64,000 nt of DNA, taken from the NCBI GenBank assembly GCA_965213675.1, contig OZ243916.1, positions 2,464,001 through 2,528,000 of the forward strand, in the 5' to 3' direction. The notes below the pieces were generated by a model, which was not told the origin of the DNA, made no database searches, and worked only from the letters and a program-made list of their open reading frames with translations. Shown here in pieces: positions 27,582 through 37,805 of the stretch. Position 1 is the first letter of the stretch, and the number at the start of each line of letters is the position of its first letter. A program made the position numbers and the translations under genes. Source of the DNA: an uncultured Candidatus Binatia bacterium (lineage in GTDB: Bacteria > Desulfobacterota > Binatia > UBA9968 > JAJDTQ01).

Positions 27582-30500
27582 ATGATGCTTCCGCCCCCGG
27601 ACGATCACGAAAGACGCGCCGCCACCACCACCTTCGACCGCAACGTGGTGGTGACCGCGGGCGCGGGCACCGGCAAGACGACGCTCCTGGTGGAGCGTTG
27701 CGTCAACCTGCTGATTCGCGAGCCCGCGCCGTTGAAGGTGACCGACTTGGTGGCGCTGACCTTTACCAACAAGGCCGCCAACGAGATGAAGGCGCGCCTG
27801 CGCGAGCGCCTGGAAGATCTCGCCGGGGACAACGCGGCGCTGGTGTCCGAGCGCTCCGGGGTCGATGCGGAGCCGGCGTTCGAAGACTCCGGGGTCGATG
27901 ACCTGGAAGCGTTCCGGCGGCGCTACGAAATCACGCGCGACGACGTGGGCAAGCGCGCCGGCGAGGCGCTTCAACACCTGGAACGCGCTCACATCGGCAC
28001 CATTCACCATTTTACGGCCTCGCTGCTCCGGCTCTACCCGCTGGAGTCCGGACTGGACCCCGGGTTCCGGGACGGCGACGAACGGCTGCTGAAGGGACAC
28101 TTCGACAACGCCTGGGCACTTTGGCTCGACGGCGAGCTGTCGAGCACGGGTCCCCGGACCGGCGAGTGGAAGCAAGCCCTCGCCCGCTTCCCCCTGGATC
28201 AGCTCGGCGCCCTCGCGCGGCAACTGTGCGCGGAAGACGTGGACCTGGATCGGCTCCAGAGTGCCGGCGCCGGGGACGCCACCCACCCAGATCTCCGGGG
28301 ATGGCTGAGGTGGCTGAATGCCACGGCCAGAGACCTCGCCGAACGTTATCCACCGCCCGGCGCGAACGCGCTGGAGAAGGCGCTGCACGTGGCGGTGAAC
28401 ATCGTGAGGGCGGCGGCCAGCGGCAGCGCCACGCCGACCGCGGACGAACTCCGGCTGCTGGAGGCCAACATCAGCCATCGTCCCAAGGATTGGGACCCGG
28501 AGGACCACGAACGCGCGCGGGAACTCATCGCCGACGCCCGCCGACTGGCCGCGGTGGACCCGCAGGAACTGGCGCGTCTGTGCGCCTTGCTGGCGCCCTT
28601 CGCCCGGGAGACCCGCGCGGACCTGGCCCGCAAGGGGCTGGTGACCTTCGACGGCCTGCTGGTGCGCGCCCGGGACCTGCTGCGCGACCACCCGCGCATC
28701 CGGGAGGACCTGAAGGACCGATTCAAGGCCGTCCTGGTGGACGAGTTCCAAGACACCGATCCGCTCCAGTACGAGATCCTGCTGTGGCTGTGCGAGGAAC
28801 GCAGGCAACGCGCCGGTCACTGGCGCGACATACGTCTTGCCCCGGGCAAGCTGTTCGTGGTGGGGGACCCCAAGCAATCCATCTACGGTTTTCGCGGCGC
28901 CGACATCGAAGCCTACCTGAAAGTGGTGCAGGAAGTGATCGCGCACCAGGACGGAGCGCAACACCCCCTCACCGCCAACTTCAGAAGCGACCCCCGGATT
29001 CTGGAAGTCGTGAACGACATCTTCGGGCGGCTGATCGAGGAAAAGGCCGGCCTCCAGCCCGAATACACCGGCCTTCAGCCGGGAATCCAGCGACCAGCCG
29101 GAACGCCGGGTCCGGAACGAGACCGCCCGCCGGTGCGGGTGCGCCGGGTCACGACGGCAGGGAAATTGAACGCGGAACAGGCGCGCCGGGTGGAAGCGGA
29201 ATCCCTGGCCCGCTGGCTCGACGAGGAGGTGCTGGGGGGCCGGACCCTCGTGCGTGATCCGAACGGTAAGGAAATACCTGCCGAGCCAGGGCACGTGGCC
29301 TTTCTCTTTCGCGGCCTCACCAACGTGGCCATCTATCTGGAGGCGCTTCGCCGTCGCGGCATCGGCTACGTGGTGACGGGCGAACGGAGCTTCTTCGACG
29401 CCCCGGAGATCCAGGGCGTGGTGAATCTGCTGCGGGCCATCGACAACCCCCACGACCGGCTGGCGCTGGTGGGTGTGCTGCGCTCGCCGTTGGGCGGACA
29501 CGACGACACCGAGATCTACGCCCTCGCCCGCAATCGCCTGCTGGACTACCGCGCCGCGACGTGGGCCACCGGCGCGGACCTTCCCGGCACGACTCGGGAC
29601 CTGTATGAACGGCTTCTCAAGTTGCACCAGGAGGCCCGGTTCCTGGAAGCCGGACAAGCGGTAGCGCTCGTTTTACGGGAACTGCCGCTGTCCGTTTTGG
29701 CGGCGAGCACGGGGGCGGGCGCACAGGCCGTGGCCAATATCGAGAAAGTCCGCCTCGTGGCCGAGGAGACCGGCGCCGACGGTAGCGGCACGCTGAAGGA
29801 CGTGGTCGCCGAACTGGAACGGCGCATGCTGGAGCGCGAGCCCGAGTCCGAGAGCCCCTTGGCAGAGGAGGGTCTGGACGCCGTGCGCATCATGAGCATC
29901 CACGCGGCCAAGGGCCTGGAATTTCCCATCATGGTGTTGGCCGATGTCCTGGCGGTGACCGGAAGAGGCGGGCGGGAGGACGTGCACATACAACGGGATT
30001 GGGCCACCGGTCTCACGGGCTTCCGTGTCGGCGACCTGTGGAATCTCCCGGGCGTCTACATCGAGGGGAAACGGCGCCAGCGGAATGAGGCCGAACGCCG
30101 CCGCATCCTCTACGTGGCCATGACCCGGCCGCGGGAACAGTTGGTGATATCGTTCGCGAACCAGGGCGACGGAAAGGCTCGGAGCGACAGCCTGCTGGCC
30201 CTGATCGAGGAGGGCGCCAAGGCCGAACTGACCCACGCCGGCCACGAGGACCATCCCATCGTCGTCCCAACCGGCGTGGGAGAGATGGAAATCGAAGTGG
30301 TCGTGGAGCAGCCGGAAGCCCTTGGCGACAGCCGCTACGAGGAGAATCAGGCCGCGGATGCCGATGACGGGTCGGGGTTCAAGGATATGTGGCACCGGCG
30401 GCGCGAAGTCTGGGAAGAACGCAATCAACAGATCGTGTTCCGCTCGCCGACGGGGTCCAAGCCCGCGGGGGAGGCTGCCGAAGCCGAAGCGAAACGCCGG

Positions 30501-31055
30501 CCCGCCCGGCGGCGGTCCGGAGCCCGCGACCTCGATCGCGACACCGCGCTCAAGCTCGGCGTCGTGGCGCACAGCGTGCTCGAACACTGGGACTTCCAGA
30601 CAACGCGCGTCGCGGAGGACCTCGACGACGCCATCGCCCTGCACACAGCCGCCCTCCCGACCGAGGAGCGCGCGATTGTCGTCCGTGAACTGAAGAACAT
30701 CTGGCCCATCTTCACGGAGTCCGCGGTCTACGACGAGCTTCGCACCGCCCGCATCGTGGGTCGTGAAATGCCCTTCCTCATGCCCTGGAACGGGCAACAG
30801 ATCATGGAGGGGCGGATCGACCTCGTCTACGAGCGCGACGGGCGGCTCTACGTAGCCGATTACAAGACCGACCGGCTCACCGCCGAGGAAATCGGCCAGG
30901 CCATGAGCCAGTACGAACACCAGGCGTCGGTCTACAGCGAAGCCGTCCGGCGCGGCCTGGAGCGGGATGTGGCCGCCTTCCGGCTGATCCTGTTGCGGCT
31001 TGGCCGGGCCGTGGAGGTGCCGCTGAAGGCCAACGGCGGCAGCGACGTGCCGTGA
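27582..31055 (+). CDS. addA: AddA/RexA-like UvrD helicase-nuclease
   Basis: AGAGTGKT, LTFTNKAA, VDEFQDT, VGDPKQSIYGFRGAD, HAAKGLEF, YVAMTR and GRIDLV..DYKTD motifs. Confidence 0.93.
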   Translation: MMLPPPDDHERRAATTTFDRNVVVTAGAGTGKTTLLVERCVNLLIREPAPLKVTDLVALTFTNKAANEMKARLRERLEDLAGDNAALVSERSGVDAEPAFEDSGVDDLEAFRRRYEITRDDVGKRAGEALQHLERAHIGTIHHFTASLLRLYPLESGLDPGFRDGDERLLKGHFDNAWALWLDGELSSTGPRTGEWKQALARFPLDQLGALARQLCAEDVDLDRLQSAGAGDATHPDLRGWLRWLNATARDLAERYPPPGANALEKALHVAVNIVRAAASGSATPTADELRLLEANISHRPKDWDPEDHERARELIADARRLAAVDPQELARLCALLAPFARETRADLARKGLVTFDGLLVRARDLLRDHPRIREDLKDRFKAVLVDEFQDTDPLQYEILLWLCEERRQRAGHWRDIRLAPGKLFVVGDPKQSIYGFRGADIEAYLKVVQEVIAHQDGAQHPLTANFRSDPRILEVVNDIFGRLIEEKAGLQPEYTGLQPGIQRPAGTPGPERDRPPVRVRRVTTAGKLNAEQARRVEAESLARWLDEEVLGGRTLVRDPNGKEIPAEPGHVAFLFRGLTNVAIYLEALRRRGIGYVVTGERSFFDAPEIQGVVNLLRAIDNPHDRLALVGVLRSPLGGHDDTEIYALARNRLLDYRAATWATGADLPGTTRDLYERLLKLHQEARFLEAGQAVALVLRELPLSVLAASTGAGAQAVANIEKVRLVAEETGADGSGTLKDVVAELERRMLEREPESESPLAEEGLDAVRIMSIHAAKGLEFPIMVLADVLAVTGRGGREDVHIQRDWATGLTGFRVGDLWNLPGVYIEGKRRQRNEAERRRILYVAMTRPREQLVISFANQGDGKARSDSLLALIEEGAKAELTHAGHEDHPIVVPTGVGEMEIEVVVEQPEALGDSRYEENQAADADDGSGFKDMWHRRREVWEERNQQIVFRSPTGSKPAGEAAEAEAKRRPARRRSGARDLDRDTALKLGVVAHSVLEHWDFQTTRVAEDLDDAIALHTAALPTEERAIVVRELKNIWPIFTESAVYDELRTARIVGREMPFLMPWNGQQIMEGRIDLVYERDGRLYVADYKTDRLTAEEIGQAMSQYEHQASVYSEAVRRGLERDVAAFRLILLRLGRAVEVPLKANGGSDVP

Positions 31056-31205
31056 GAAGCGTTCGCCGCGGTGCATCGCGTCTCGCACGTATCTCCCGAC
31101 TCTCCCGAGAAAACGACACGGCGCGGCATCGTGGGCGTTGGATCGTTCGTGGAGCATCCTTCGCGGAGAGCACGGCCCGCGCCGCCCGCGACACCTCGTG
31201 AAGCC

Positions 31206-31991
31206 ATGAGAACCACCCCCCACATCACCGCCGAAGGAATGCTGGCCCGTCTCCGAGTCAAGCGGGGCGCCTTGGGTAAAGTGGCGCTGGTGGCCGGCCC
31301 GCGGGAACGCGGCGCGCGGCTGCGCGCCTCCCTGGAAAACCCGCGCAAGACCCTCGCCTTCCAGGACTACGAGATGCACACGGGCGAACTGGACGGGCGC
31401 CGCGTCACCGCCGGCAACGGCGGGCGCTACTCCGCGGACACGGCCATCACCACGGAACTGCTGTGCGCCGCCGGCGTGGAGACGCTGGTGCGGGTGGGTA
31501 GCTGCGGGTCGCTCCAGGAAACCGTGAAGCTCGGCGACATCGTCATCGTCACCGCCGCGGTCCGCGGCGACGGCGCGAGCCCCCGCTACGTCACCGACGA
31601 CTTCGACACGCTGTTCCGCCCGAACGCACCGGAACCGCACGGAGGGGACGCGCAACGCGCCCTGCCCCACCCGCGCGTGACGGAAGCGCTCACACGCGCC
31701 GCCGAGAGCCTCCACGTGCCGGTGCATCACGGCGCCGTGTTCACCACCGACGCCCTTTTCCGCGAAACCCCGCGACTCCTGGCGGCCCTCGAGGCGGAGG
31801 GAACCGCAGCCATCGACATGGTAACCGCCGCCTTCCTGACCGTGGCGCAAGCCAAGGGCGCGTGCGCCGGCGCCATCCTCGCGGTGTCGGACGAATGCGT
31901 CAGCGGCAAGCTGGGCTTCCACGGCGCCGCCTTCCGCCAAGCCGAGCAACGCATCATGGCAATCGCCCTCAAGGCACTGGCGTGGCTGTGA
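31206..31991 (+). CDS. Nucleoside phosphorylase (PNP/UDP family 1)
   Basis: RVGSCGSL, GDIVI..AAVRGDGAS, TTDALFRET and IDM motifs. Confidence 0.88.
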   Translation: MRTTPHITAEGMLARLRVKRGALGKVALVAGPRERGARLRASLENPRKTLAFQDYEMHTGELDGRRVTAGNGGRYSADTAITTELLCAAGVETLVRVGSCGSLQETVKLGDIVIVTAAVRGDGASPRYVTDDFDTLFRPNAPEPHGGDAQRALPHPRVTEALTRAAESLHVPVHHGAVFTTDALFRETPRLLAALEAEGTAAIDMVTAAFLTVAQAKGACAGAILAVSDECVSGKLGFHGAAFRQAEQRIMAIALKALAWL

Positions 31992-32302
31992 CGCGCCAAG
32001 CAGAAGCTAGTGTGGTGAACTCCATGGCACAGCACGCGAAAGGCTCTCGGGCCGAAATCATCGCTGGTTGCAGCGACATCGAGGAATTCGTACCGTTGAG
32101 CTTCGAAGAACAGTATACTCTGGGTCGTGTGCCGGTCATTGCCCACGAAGGGCCGACCGTCACGGACCCGGAACCGGTGGCGGAGGCGCGCGTTGCCGGC
32201 AACCCTGTGACTGCGTAATGGGCCGCAACCATCGGCGGGACACGAAACGAACCCTGTTCTACATTTCTACATGACAATGTCTTGCAGCAAGGAGGATCCA
32301 TC

Positions 32303-33061
32303 ATGCGTTTGGACGGTAAGGTAGCAATCGTGACGGGCGGCGGCATCGGCATCGGCCGAGCCTATTCCAAGGGGCTCGCGCGGGAGGGCGCCAAGGTCGC
32401 CGTGGCCGACATCCAGGTGGAGGCCGCCACCCAGGTGGCCGAGGAGATCAAGAAGGACGGCGGCGAGGCCATCCCCGTGGCGGTGGACGTGGCGTCGCCG
32501 GAAAAGACCCGCCAGATGGCGGACGCGGTGCTGAAGGAATACGGCCGCATCGACGTATTGGTAAACAACGCGGGCCTCTATACCGCGCTCACGAAGAAGT
32601 CTTTCATGGAGATCCCCGAGGACGAATGGGACAGGGTCATGGCGGTCAACGTCAAGGGCCTGTTCCTGTGCGTTCAGGCGGTATACCCGGCCATGAAGGA
32701 GCAGGGCAAAGGCAAGATCGTCAACATCTCCTCGGGAACCATCCTGGGCGGGACGCCGATGTTCCTGCACTATGTGTCGTCCAAGGCGGGCGTGCTCGGC
32801 TTCACCCGGGCACTGGCGCGGGAGATCGGCCCCGACGGCATCAACGTCAACGCTATCATGCCCGGCCTCACCATCTCGGGCGACAACCAGGACGGCGTCA
32901 CTACCCCCCAGCAACTGGAGAACCGGCGCAAGAGCCGCGCGTTTCAGCGCGATCAGTACCCGGACGACCTGGTGGGAACGGTGATCTTCCTGTCCTCCGA
33001 CGACAGCGACTTCGTCACCGGCCAGTCCATCAGCGTGGACGGCGGTCAGCACATGCACTGA
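32303..33061 (+). CDS. SDR-family oxidoreductase
   Basis: TGGGIGIG, NNAG and YVSSK motifs; AGGAGG RBS. Confidence 0.95.
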   Translation: MRLDGKVAIVTGGGIGIGRAYSKGLAREGAKVAVADIQVEAATQVAEEIKKDGGEAIPVAVDVASPEKTRQMADAVLKEYGRIDVLVNNAGLYTALTKKSFMEIPEDEWDRVMAVNVKGLFLCVQAVYPAMKEQGKGKIVNISSGTILGGTPMFLHYVSSKAGVLGFTRALAREIGPDGINVNAIMPGLTISGDNQDGVTTPQQLENRRKSRAFQRDQYPDDLVGTVIFLSSDDSDFVTGQSISVDGGQHMH

Positions 33062-33125
33062 CGCCGGCGCCCATGCGACATGACACGTGGATTTCGAATT
33101 CATCCCACCCGCCTTCTCCTCCGTC

Positions 33126-34427
33126 ATGAGCGGCCTCGAACTGGCAGAGTACCGCGTGCGCGAGATCCGGTTGGGACGCGAGACGCGCTTTTCCTCCGGT
33201 GTGCTGGAGGTGGACGCCGAAGGTCTCGCGGCCCTGGCGGAGCAGGACCCGCGGGTGCGTTCCGCGCGCTTCGACGTGGTGCGCCCGGGGGAGAAGGCGC
33301 GGGTGACGGGCATTCGCGACGTAGTGGAACCGCGCATCAAGACCGCGGGCTCGGGACAGGTATTTCCAGGAATCCTCGGGCCGGTGGCGCCGGTGGGCGC
33401 CGGCCGCACCCACCGGCTCTCGGGCATGGCGCTGGCCACGAGCGCGGCCTACGAGGGCACCGTCCGCACTGGCACCACCTCACAGCGGAGCGCCATCCTC
33501 GACATGTGGGGACCCGGCGCCGACATGACCCCGTTCGCCTCGTTGATGAACCTCGTCATGACCCTGGAACTGGAAGACGGACTGCCCGCCTTCGAGGCCC
33601 ACCAAGCCATCCAGCGCGCCCAATTCGGCACGGCGCTGAAGGTCGCCGAAACCACCGCCGGGATCGCGCCCGACAACGTGGAGTTGTTCGACCCGGATAC
33701 CGGCGGTGACGACCTGCCCCGCGCGGTCGTCATCATCGGCTGTTTCACCGAGGCGCAGCACCGACCATCCAATGTCTCCTACTACGGCCTCCACATTCAG
33801 GAGTCCCTGTCCACCGTCATCCACCCCAACGAACTCATCGACGGCGCCATCGCCCCCGGCGCCATCCGCACCGTGAGCTATCATCCCATCACCTGGAACT
33901 GGCAGAACCAGCCCTTGGTGCTGGCGCTGCTCAGGGACAAGCGCTTCCGCTGCGCCGGGGTCATCATCGAGCGCATCGGCTTCGAAACCGCCCAGGAAAA
34001 GAAGATCGCCGCCAACAACGCCGTAGGCCTGGCCGCCTCCCTTGGCGCCGATGCGGCCTTGATCACGCGCACGGGGTCGGGCAATGCCTTCATCGATGTG
34101 ATGCTGACCGTGAAAGGCTGCGAGGAGAGAGGCATCAAGACCGTCCTCGTCACCTACGAGTACGGCGGCAAGGACGGCGCCGACGCGCCGTTGCTGTATT
34201 ACGAAGAGGCCGCCGACGCCGCCATCAGCACCGGCAACCGCGACATCGAGGTGGAACTGCCCGCGCCCGACCGCGTCGTCGGCGCCTACGAACGGCTCCA
34301 GCTCATCAACTATCCCGGCGCGCCCTACGTAGCAGCCGGCGACCCTTTGGTGCTGGAGGCCCGCGACGTCATCGCCGGCGGCATCGACATCTGGGGCGGA
34401 CGCGACCGGCTCTGCCGGCCGTACTGA
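33126..34427 (+). CDS. Glycine/sarcosine/betaine reductase component B (GrdE-like) protein
   Basis: LEL..YRVREIRLG.ETR...GVLEVD, RITG.RDVVEPR.K-like, GRTHRLSG, HPNELIDGAI, GADAALIT..G.GN..ID and ADAAISTGN motifs. Confidence 0.85.
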   Translation: MSGLELAEYRVREIRLGRETRFSSGVLEVDAEGLAALAEQDPRVRSARFDVVRPGEKARVTGIRDVVEPRIKTAGSGQVFPGILGPVAPVGAGRTHRLSGMALATSAAYEGTVRTGTTSQRSAILDMWGPGADMTPFASLMNLVMTLELEDGLPAFEAHQAIQRAQFGTALKVAETTAGIAPDNVELFDPDTGGDDLPRAVVIIGCFTEAQHRPSNVSYYGLHIQESLSTVIHPNELIDGAIAPGAIRTVSYHPITWNWQNQPLVLALLRDKRFRCAGVIIERIGFETAQEKKIAANNAVGLAASLGADAALITRTGSGNAFIDVMLTVKGCEERGIKTVLVTYEYGGKDGADAPLLYYEEAADAAISTGNRDIEVELPAPDRVVGAYERLQLINYPGAPYVAAGDPLVLEARDVIAGGIDIWGGRDRLCRPY

Positions 34428-34500
34428 CGTCCCGTACCCAAACCCCGTATCCTCATCCCCGCGAAACGAGAAGACGATACGCAGCCGGGGGGTTGAGACC

Positions 34501-35571
34501 CTACTCCGGATACAGCGGCGCCTTGTACACCGTTCCCGGCACCACGACGCCGCCGGCCGGCCGTTCCCCTTCCGTCAGGTGGGCGAAGCGGTCGCTGAAC
34601 GCCGACGGAAGCGGCCGCCCTCCGGGTGTGCCGAGCCAGAGGCGCAGGAGATTGCGGCGTCGCTCGGGCTCAGGATAGTCCTCGAACTCGGTGCGCGAGT
34701 GGGCGGTGACGTGGTTGTGCAATATCTGCACGTCGCCCTGCAGGAACTCCATGTCATAGGACAACTCGTCGCACAGATCGGCAAAGAGGGTCAGCGCCTC
34801 CTTGAGTTCCTCGGTGTGGCGCGGCAACTGCTCGAACCGCTGGGCCGAGCGGATATAGGTGCCGCCGGCGCTCACGGTCAGATAGTCTTCGTAGAAGTTG
34901 AAAGTGGCGAGCTGCCACCAGGGGTCCTTGCCCTCGGGGACTTCGCCGCGGCGGTCACGGTAGATGGGAGCGGCCAGCTCCGCCACCAGCTCGGGGCGGC
35001 GCTTGAGCATCTCGTTGTACACGTTGAGAGTGCTCGTGAACCGGCTGCTGCCGCCGGACTTGGCGGGGTGCAGGCACATCAGCACCACCAAGTCGCAGGC
35101 ATCGCAGTGAAAGGGCAGCATGTCGTGGGTCTGGTAGCCGCGATGCTTGGGGTTCTTGAGGGTGCCGCCGAGATCGGCCACGTGGCCCAGGAGGTGTCCC
35201 TTGGAGTTCTGGGACACGGGCTCGCCCATGAACAAGCCGATTCCCCAGAAGGCGATGGCGGCCTGTAGGCGGCTGTAGCGATGCACCGGAACCCCGCGGA
35301 TGAGCGACAAGCCGCGACCGCCGACAACATCCGAGGCGATCTCGTCGAGCCGGTCGCCCAGGGTCGAAAGCACGAAGTCGTCCCGGGTGATGTCCAGGAT
35401 GTCGAGCCCGCGTTGCTCCACCCGCGCCACGGCCGCGTCGAGCTCCGCGATCTCGCTCTCGGTCAGCGGATGTATCCAGCTCTGGTCCGAGGCCAGGTCT
35501 GCCGCGGTCCAGGCCGCGGGGTCCACCACGGGCTGGTTCAGCACGGCCGGTTCTCTGATGACATTCAGCAT
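34501..35571 (-). CDS. TauD/TfdA-family Fe(II)/2-oxoglutarate dioxygenase
   Basis: HCD (HxD) motif, distal HSR and RNLLRLW. Confidence 0.92.
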   Translation of the reverse strand: MLNVIREPAVLNQPVVDPAAWTAADLASDQSWIHPLTESEIAELDAAVARVEQRGLDILDITRDDFVLSTLGDRLDEIASDVVGGRGLSLIRGVPVHRYSRLQAAIAFWGIGLFMGEPVSQNSKGHLLGHVADLGGTLKNPKHRGYQTHDMLPFHCDACDLVVLMCLHPAKSGGSSRFTSTLNVYNEMLKRRPELVAELAAPIYRDRRGEVPEGKDPWWQLATFNFYEDYLTVSAGGTYIRSAQRFEQLPRHTEELKEALTLFADLCDELSYDMEFLQGDVQILHNHVTAHSRTEFEDYPEPERRRNLLRLWLGTPGGRPLPSAFSDRFAHLTEGERPAGGVVVPGTVYKAPLYPE

Positions 35572-35605
35572 GGGTCTTCCTCCGAACTTCGCCCGGAATT
35601 CTATC

Positions 35606-37753
35606 TCACAGGTTCTCGACCTTGGCGATGCGGCACGGCAGCCCGCGCGTGTCCGCGGAACCGGTAACCGGATCCCACGGGCCATCGTAGCGCATGGCCG
35701 CGTTGATGTTGACTTCCAACGCGCCCCGGTGGGGAGCCTCCGCTTCCGGGTACCACCAGCCCATGCCGGTGCGCGCCACCCCGGGCAGGGTCGCGTTCGT
35801 GACGCGGACCTTCAGGCGGCAACGGCCCGGTCCATCAGCGGTTTCTACCCACACCCAGTCGTCGTGGGCCAACCGGTATTGCGTGGCCGTCTCCGGATGC
35901 AATTGCAGCCACGGCTCCGGCGAGACCTTGCGCGCCCAGCCTTGGTCGCGAAAACGCGAATGGTGGTAGGTGCGCTCCCGCACCCCGGTGAGCAAGGTCA
36001 GCGGGTAGGAGTCGCGCACCGCGGGCGTCTCGCGCTCGGTGCGGGTGGGCGTGTAGTCCGGGAGCGGGTCCAGCCCCAACTCGGCGAGGCGCTCGGAATA
36101 GAGCTCTACCTTGCCCGTCCTGGTCTTGAAGCCGCTTTTCTCGAAGTCGCCGCAGGTGAACGGGAAGTTGGCGTAACCCTTCTCGCGCAACTGCTCCATG
36201 GTGATCCCGCAGTCCCCCAACAGGAACTCGTTGAACTCGCGCTTGGTCTCCCACGGGATGAAGCGTCGCGCTTCGGTGACGCCCCGGGCTTCGATGCGCC
36301 GGGCCAAGTCATGGGCGATGCGGAAGTCGCCGCGCGCCTCGCCCAAAGGCTCCACCGCCGGTTGAATCAGGCTCAGACACGGACCCGACCCCTCCAGCGA
36401 CACCTCCTCATCCTCCAGGCCGGTGGTCTTGGGCAGCACGATGTCCGCGAACTCGGCCGTGGGATTCATCATGTGGGTGGCCACCGCCAGAAAGTCCAGA
36501 GACTTGAGCGCGGCCAGAGTCTTGGGCGTGTCGGGATACGTCACCACAATGTTCACACCACTGACGTACAGGGCGCGCACCGGGTAGGGTTTGCCGCTGA
36601 GCACCGCCTCGATTACCGATGGGTTGTGGCACGCGGTCTGCCATCCCTGCGGCCCCGCCCACAGCGGGAACCGTTCCGCGCCGATGGTGCGCTGTTCCAC
36701 CTCCAGCGGCAGCCGGAACTCGGGCTTGTGCAGCACCTCGATGTAGTTGGTGAACCCCGCGGGCTTCTTCACGCGCCGGTTGCCGCCCTCACGGTCCAGG
36801 TTTCCGCTGATGGCCACCAAGCAATGGAAAGCACGGAAGGTCTGGACTCCGGCGCTGAAAGCGTCGATGCCGTGCCCGCTCACAAAGCAGGACGGGCCGG
36901 CGGCGTAGTACTCCGCTGCCTTCTCGATGTCCTCCCGCGGCACCCCGGTCAACTCCGCGGCGCGTCCAGCGGGATACTGCGCCGCCCGCTCCGCGAGCGT
37001 GTCGAAGCCGTGGCACCAACGCTCCACGAACTCACGGTCGTAGCGGTCGTGCTCCACCAGCCAGTGGATCATCGCCAGGCCGATGGCCGCATCCGTACCC
37101 GGCCGCGGCCGCAGCCAGAGGTCGGCCATGCCGGCTGCGGGAGTTTCGCCCGGATCGATGACGACAACGCTCGCGCCCTTCGCCTTGGCGCGCTTGAGCG
37201 CCTGCCACTGCGGCGGGTCCGCCGCATACGGATTCCGCCCCACGACGAGCGCGCACCGGGTATTGTCGATGTCCTCGCCCTTGCTGATGGCCAGCCCCGT
37301 GATCCGGTCGCTCAGCGCCCGGCACCCGCCGCAAAGGTCCTGGTTCATCATCCAGTTGGGCGACCCGAACGCCCGCAAAAGCAGCGCCAGCATCACCCCC
37401 CGACTGAAATGCGCGTTGCTCACCGCCCCGCACAGCGCCGACGCGCCGTACTTCTCCCGCACCGCCAGCATCGCCTCCGCCATCTCATCCAGCGCCTCGT
37501 CCCACGACACCCGCCGCCACCGTCCCCCACCCCGCGGCCCGGTGCGCTTCATCGGGTAGAGCACCCGGTCCGGATGATAGGTCAACTCCGGCAACCCCCG
37601 TATCCCCTTCACGCAGAACGCCCCCAGCGACGCCGGATGCTCCGGGTACGGCGACACCTTGGTCACCCGCCCGTCCTCGACGGTCACCAGCGACCCGCAA
37701 TGGGCACTGCATTCCCAGCAGGTGCTGGGGAGGGTGGATTGGGTGGCATTCAT
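35606..37753 (-). CDS. Bis-MGD molybdo/tungsto-enzyme, acetylene hydratase-like subfamily
   Basis: CWECSAHC...CVKG [4Fe-4S] motif; FGSPNW.....LC Cys ligand; GKVELYS..L..LG.DPLP; no Tat signal. Confidence 0.88.
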   Translation of the reverse strand: MNATQSTLPSTCWECSAHCGSLVTVEDGRVTKVSPYPEHPASLGAFCVKGIRGLPELTYHPDRVLYPMKRTGPRGGGRWRRVSWDEALDEMAEAMLAVREKYGASALCGAVSNAHFSRGVMLALLLRAFGSPNWMMNQDLCGGCRALSDRITGLAISKGEDIDNTRCALVVGRNPYAADPPQWQALKRAKAKGASVVVIDPGETPAAGMADLWLRPRPGTDAAIGLAMIHWLVEHDRYDREFVERWCHGFDTLAERAAQYPAGRAAELTGVPREDIEKAAEYYAAGPSCFVSGHGIDAFSAGVQTFRAFHCLVAISGNLDREGGNRRVKKPAGFTNYIEVLHKPEFRLPLEVEQRTIGAERFPLWAGPQGWQTACHNPSVIEAVLSGKPYPVRALYVSGVNIVVTYPDTPKTLAALKSLDFLAVATHMMNPTAEFADIVLPKTTGLEDEEVSLEGSGPCLSLIQPAVEPLGEARGDFRIAHDLARRIEARGVTEARRFIPWETKREFNEFLLGDCGITMEQLREKGYANFPFTCGDFEKSGFKTRTGKVELYSERLAELGLDPLPDYTPTRTERETPAVRDSYPLTLLTGVRERTYHHSRFRDQGWARKVSPEPWLQLHPETATQYRLAHDDWVWVETADGPGRCRLKVRVTNATLPGVARTGMGWWYPEAEAPHRGALEVNINAAMRYDGPWDPVTGSADTRGLPCRIAKVENL

Positions 37754-37805
37754 AGCGTGACCAGTCCTGGAGAAACGTCAACCTGCTCTGAGGAGTTACA
37801 TTCTG

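Noticed and set aside
24223-31055. Helicase-nuclease pair as a novel defence or Cas4-linked system
   Set aside because: Motifs, size, order and Fe-S staple fit housekeeping AddAB, and there are no cas genes or array.
32024-32218. Possible 64-aa ORF (MAQHAKGSRAEII...) after the nucleoside phosphorylase
   Set aside because: No clear RBS, weak codon bias and no recognisable motif; it cannot be supported without a search.
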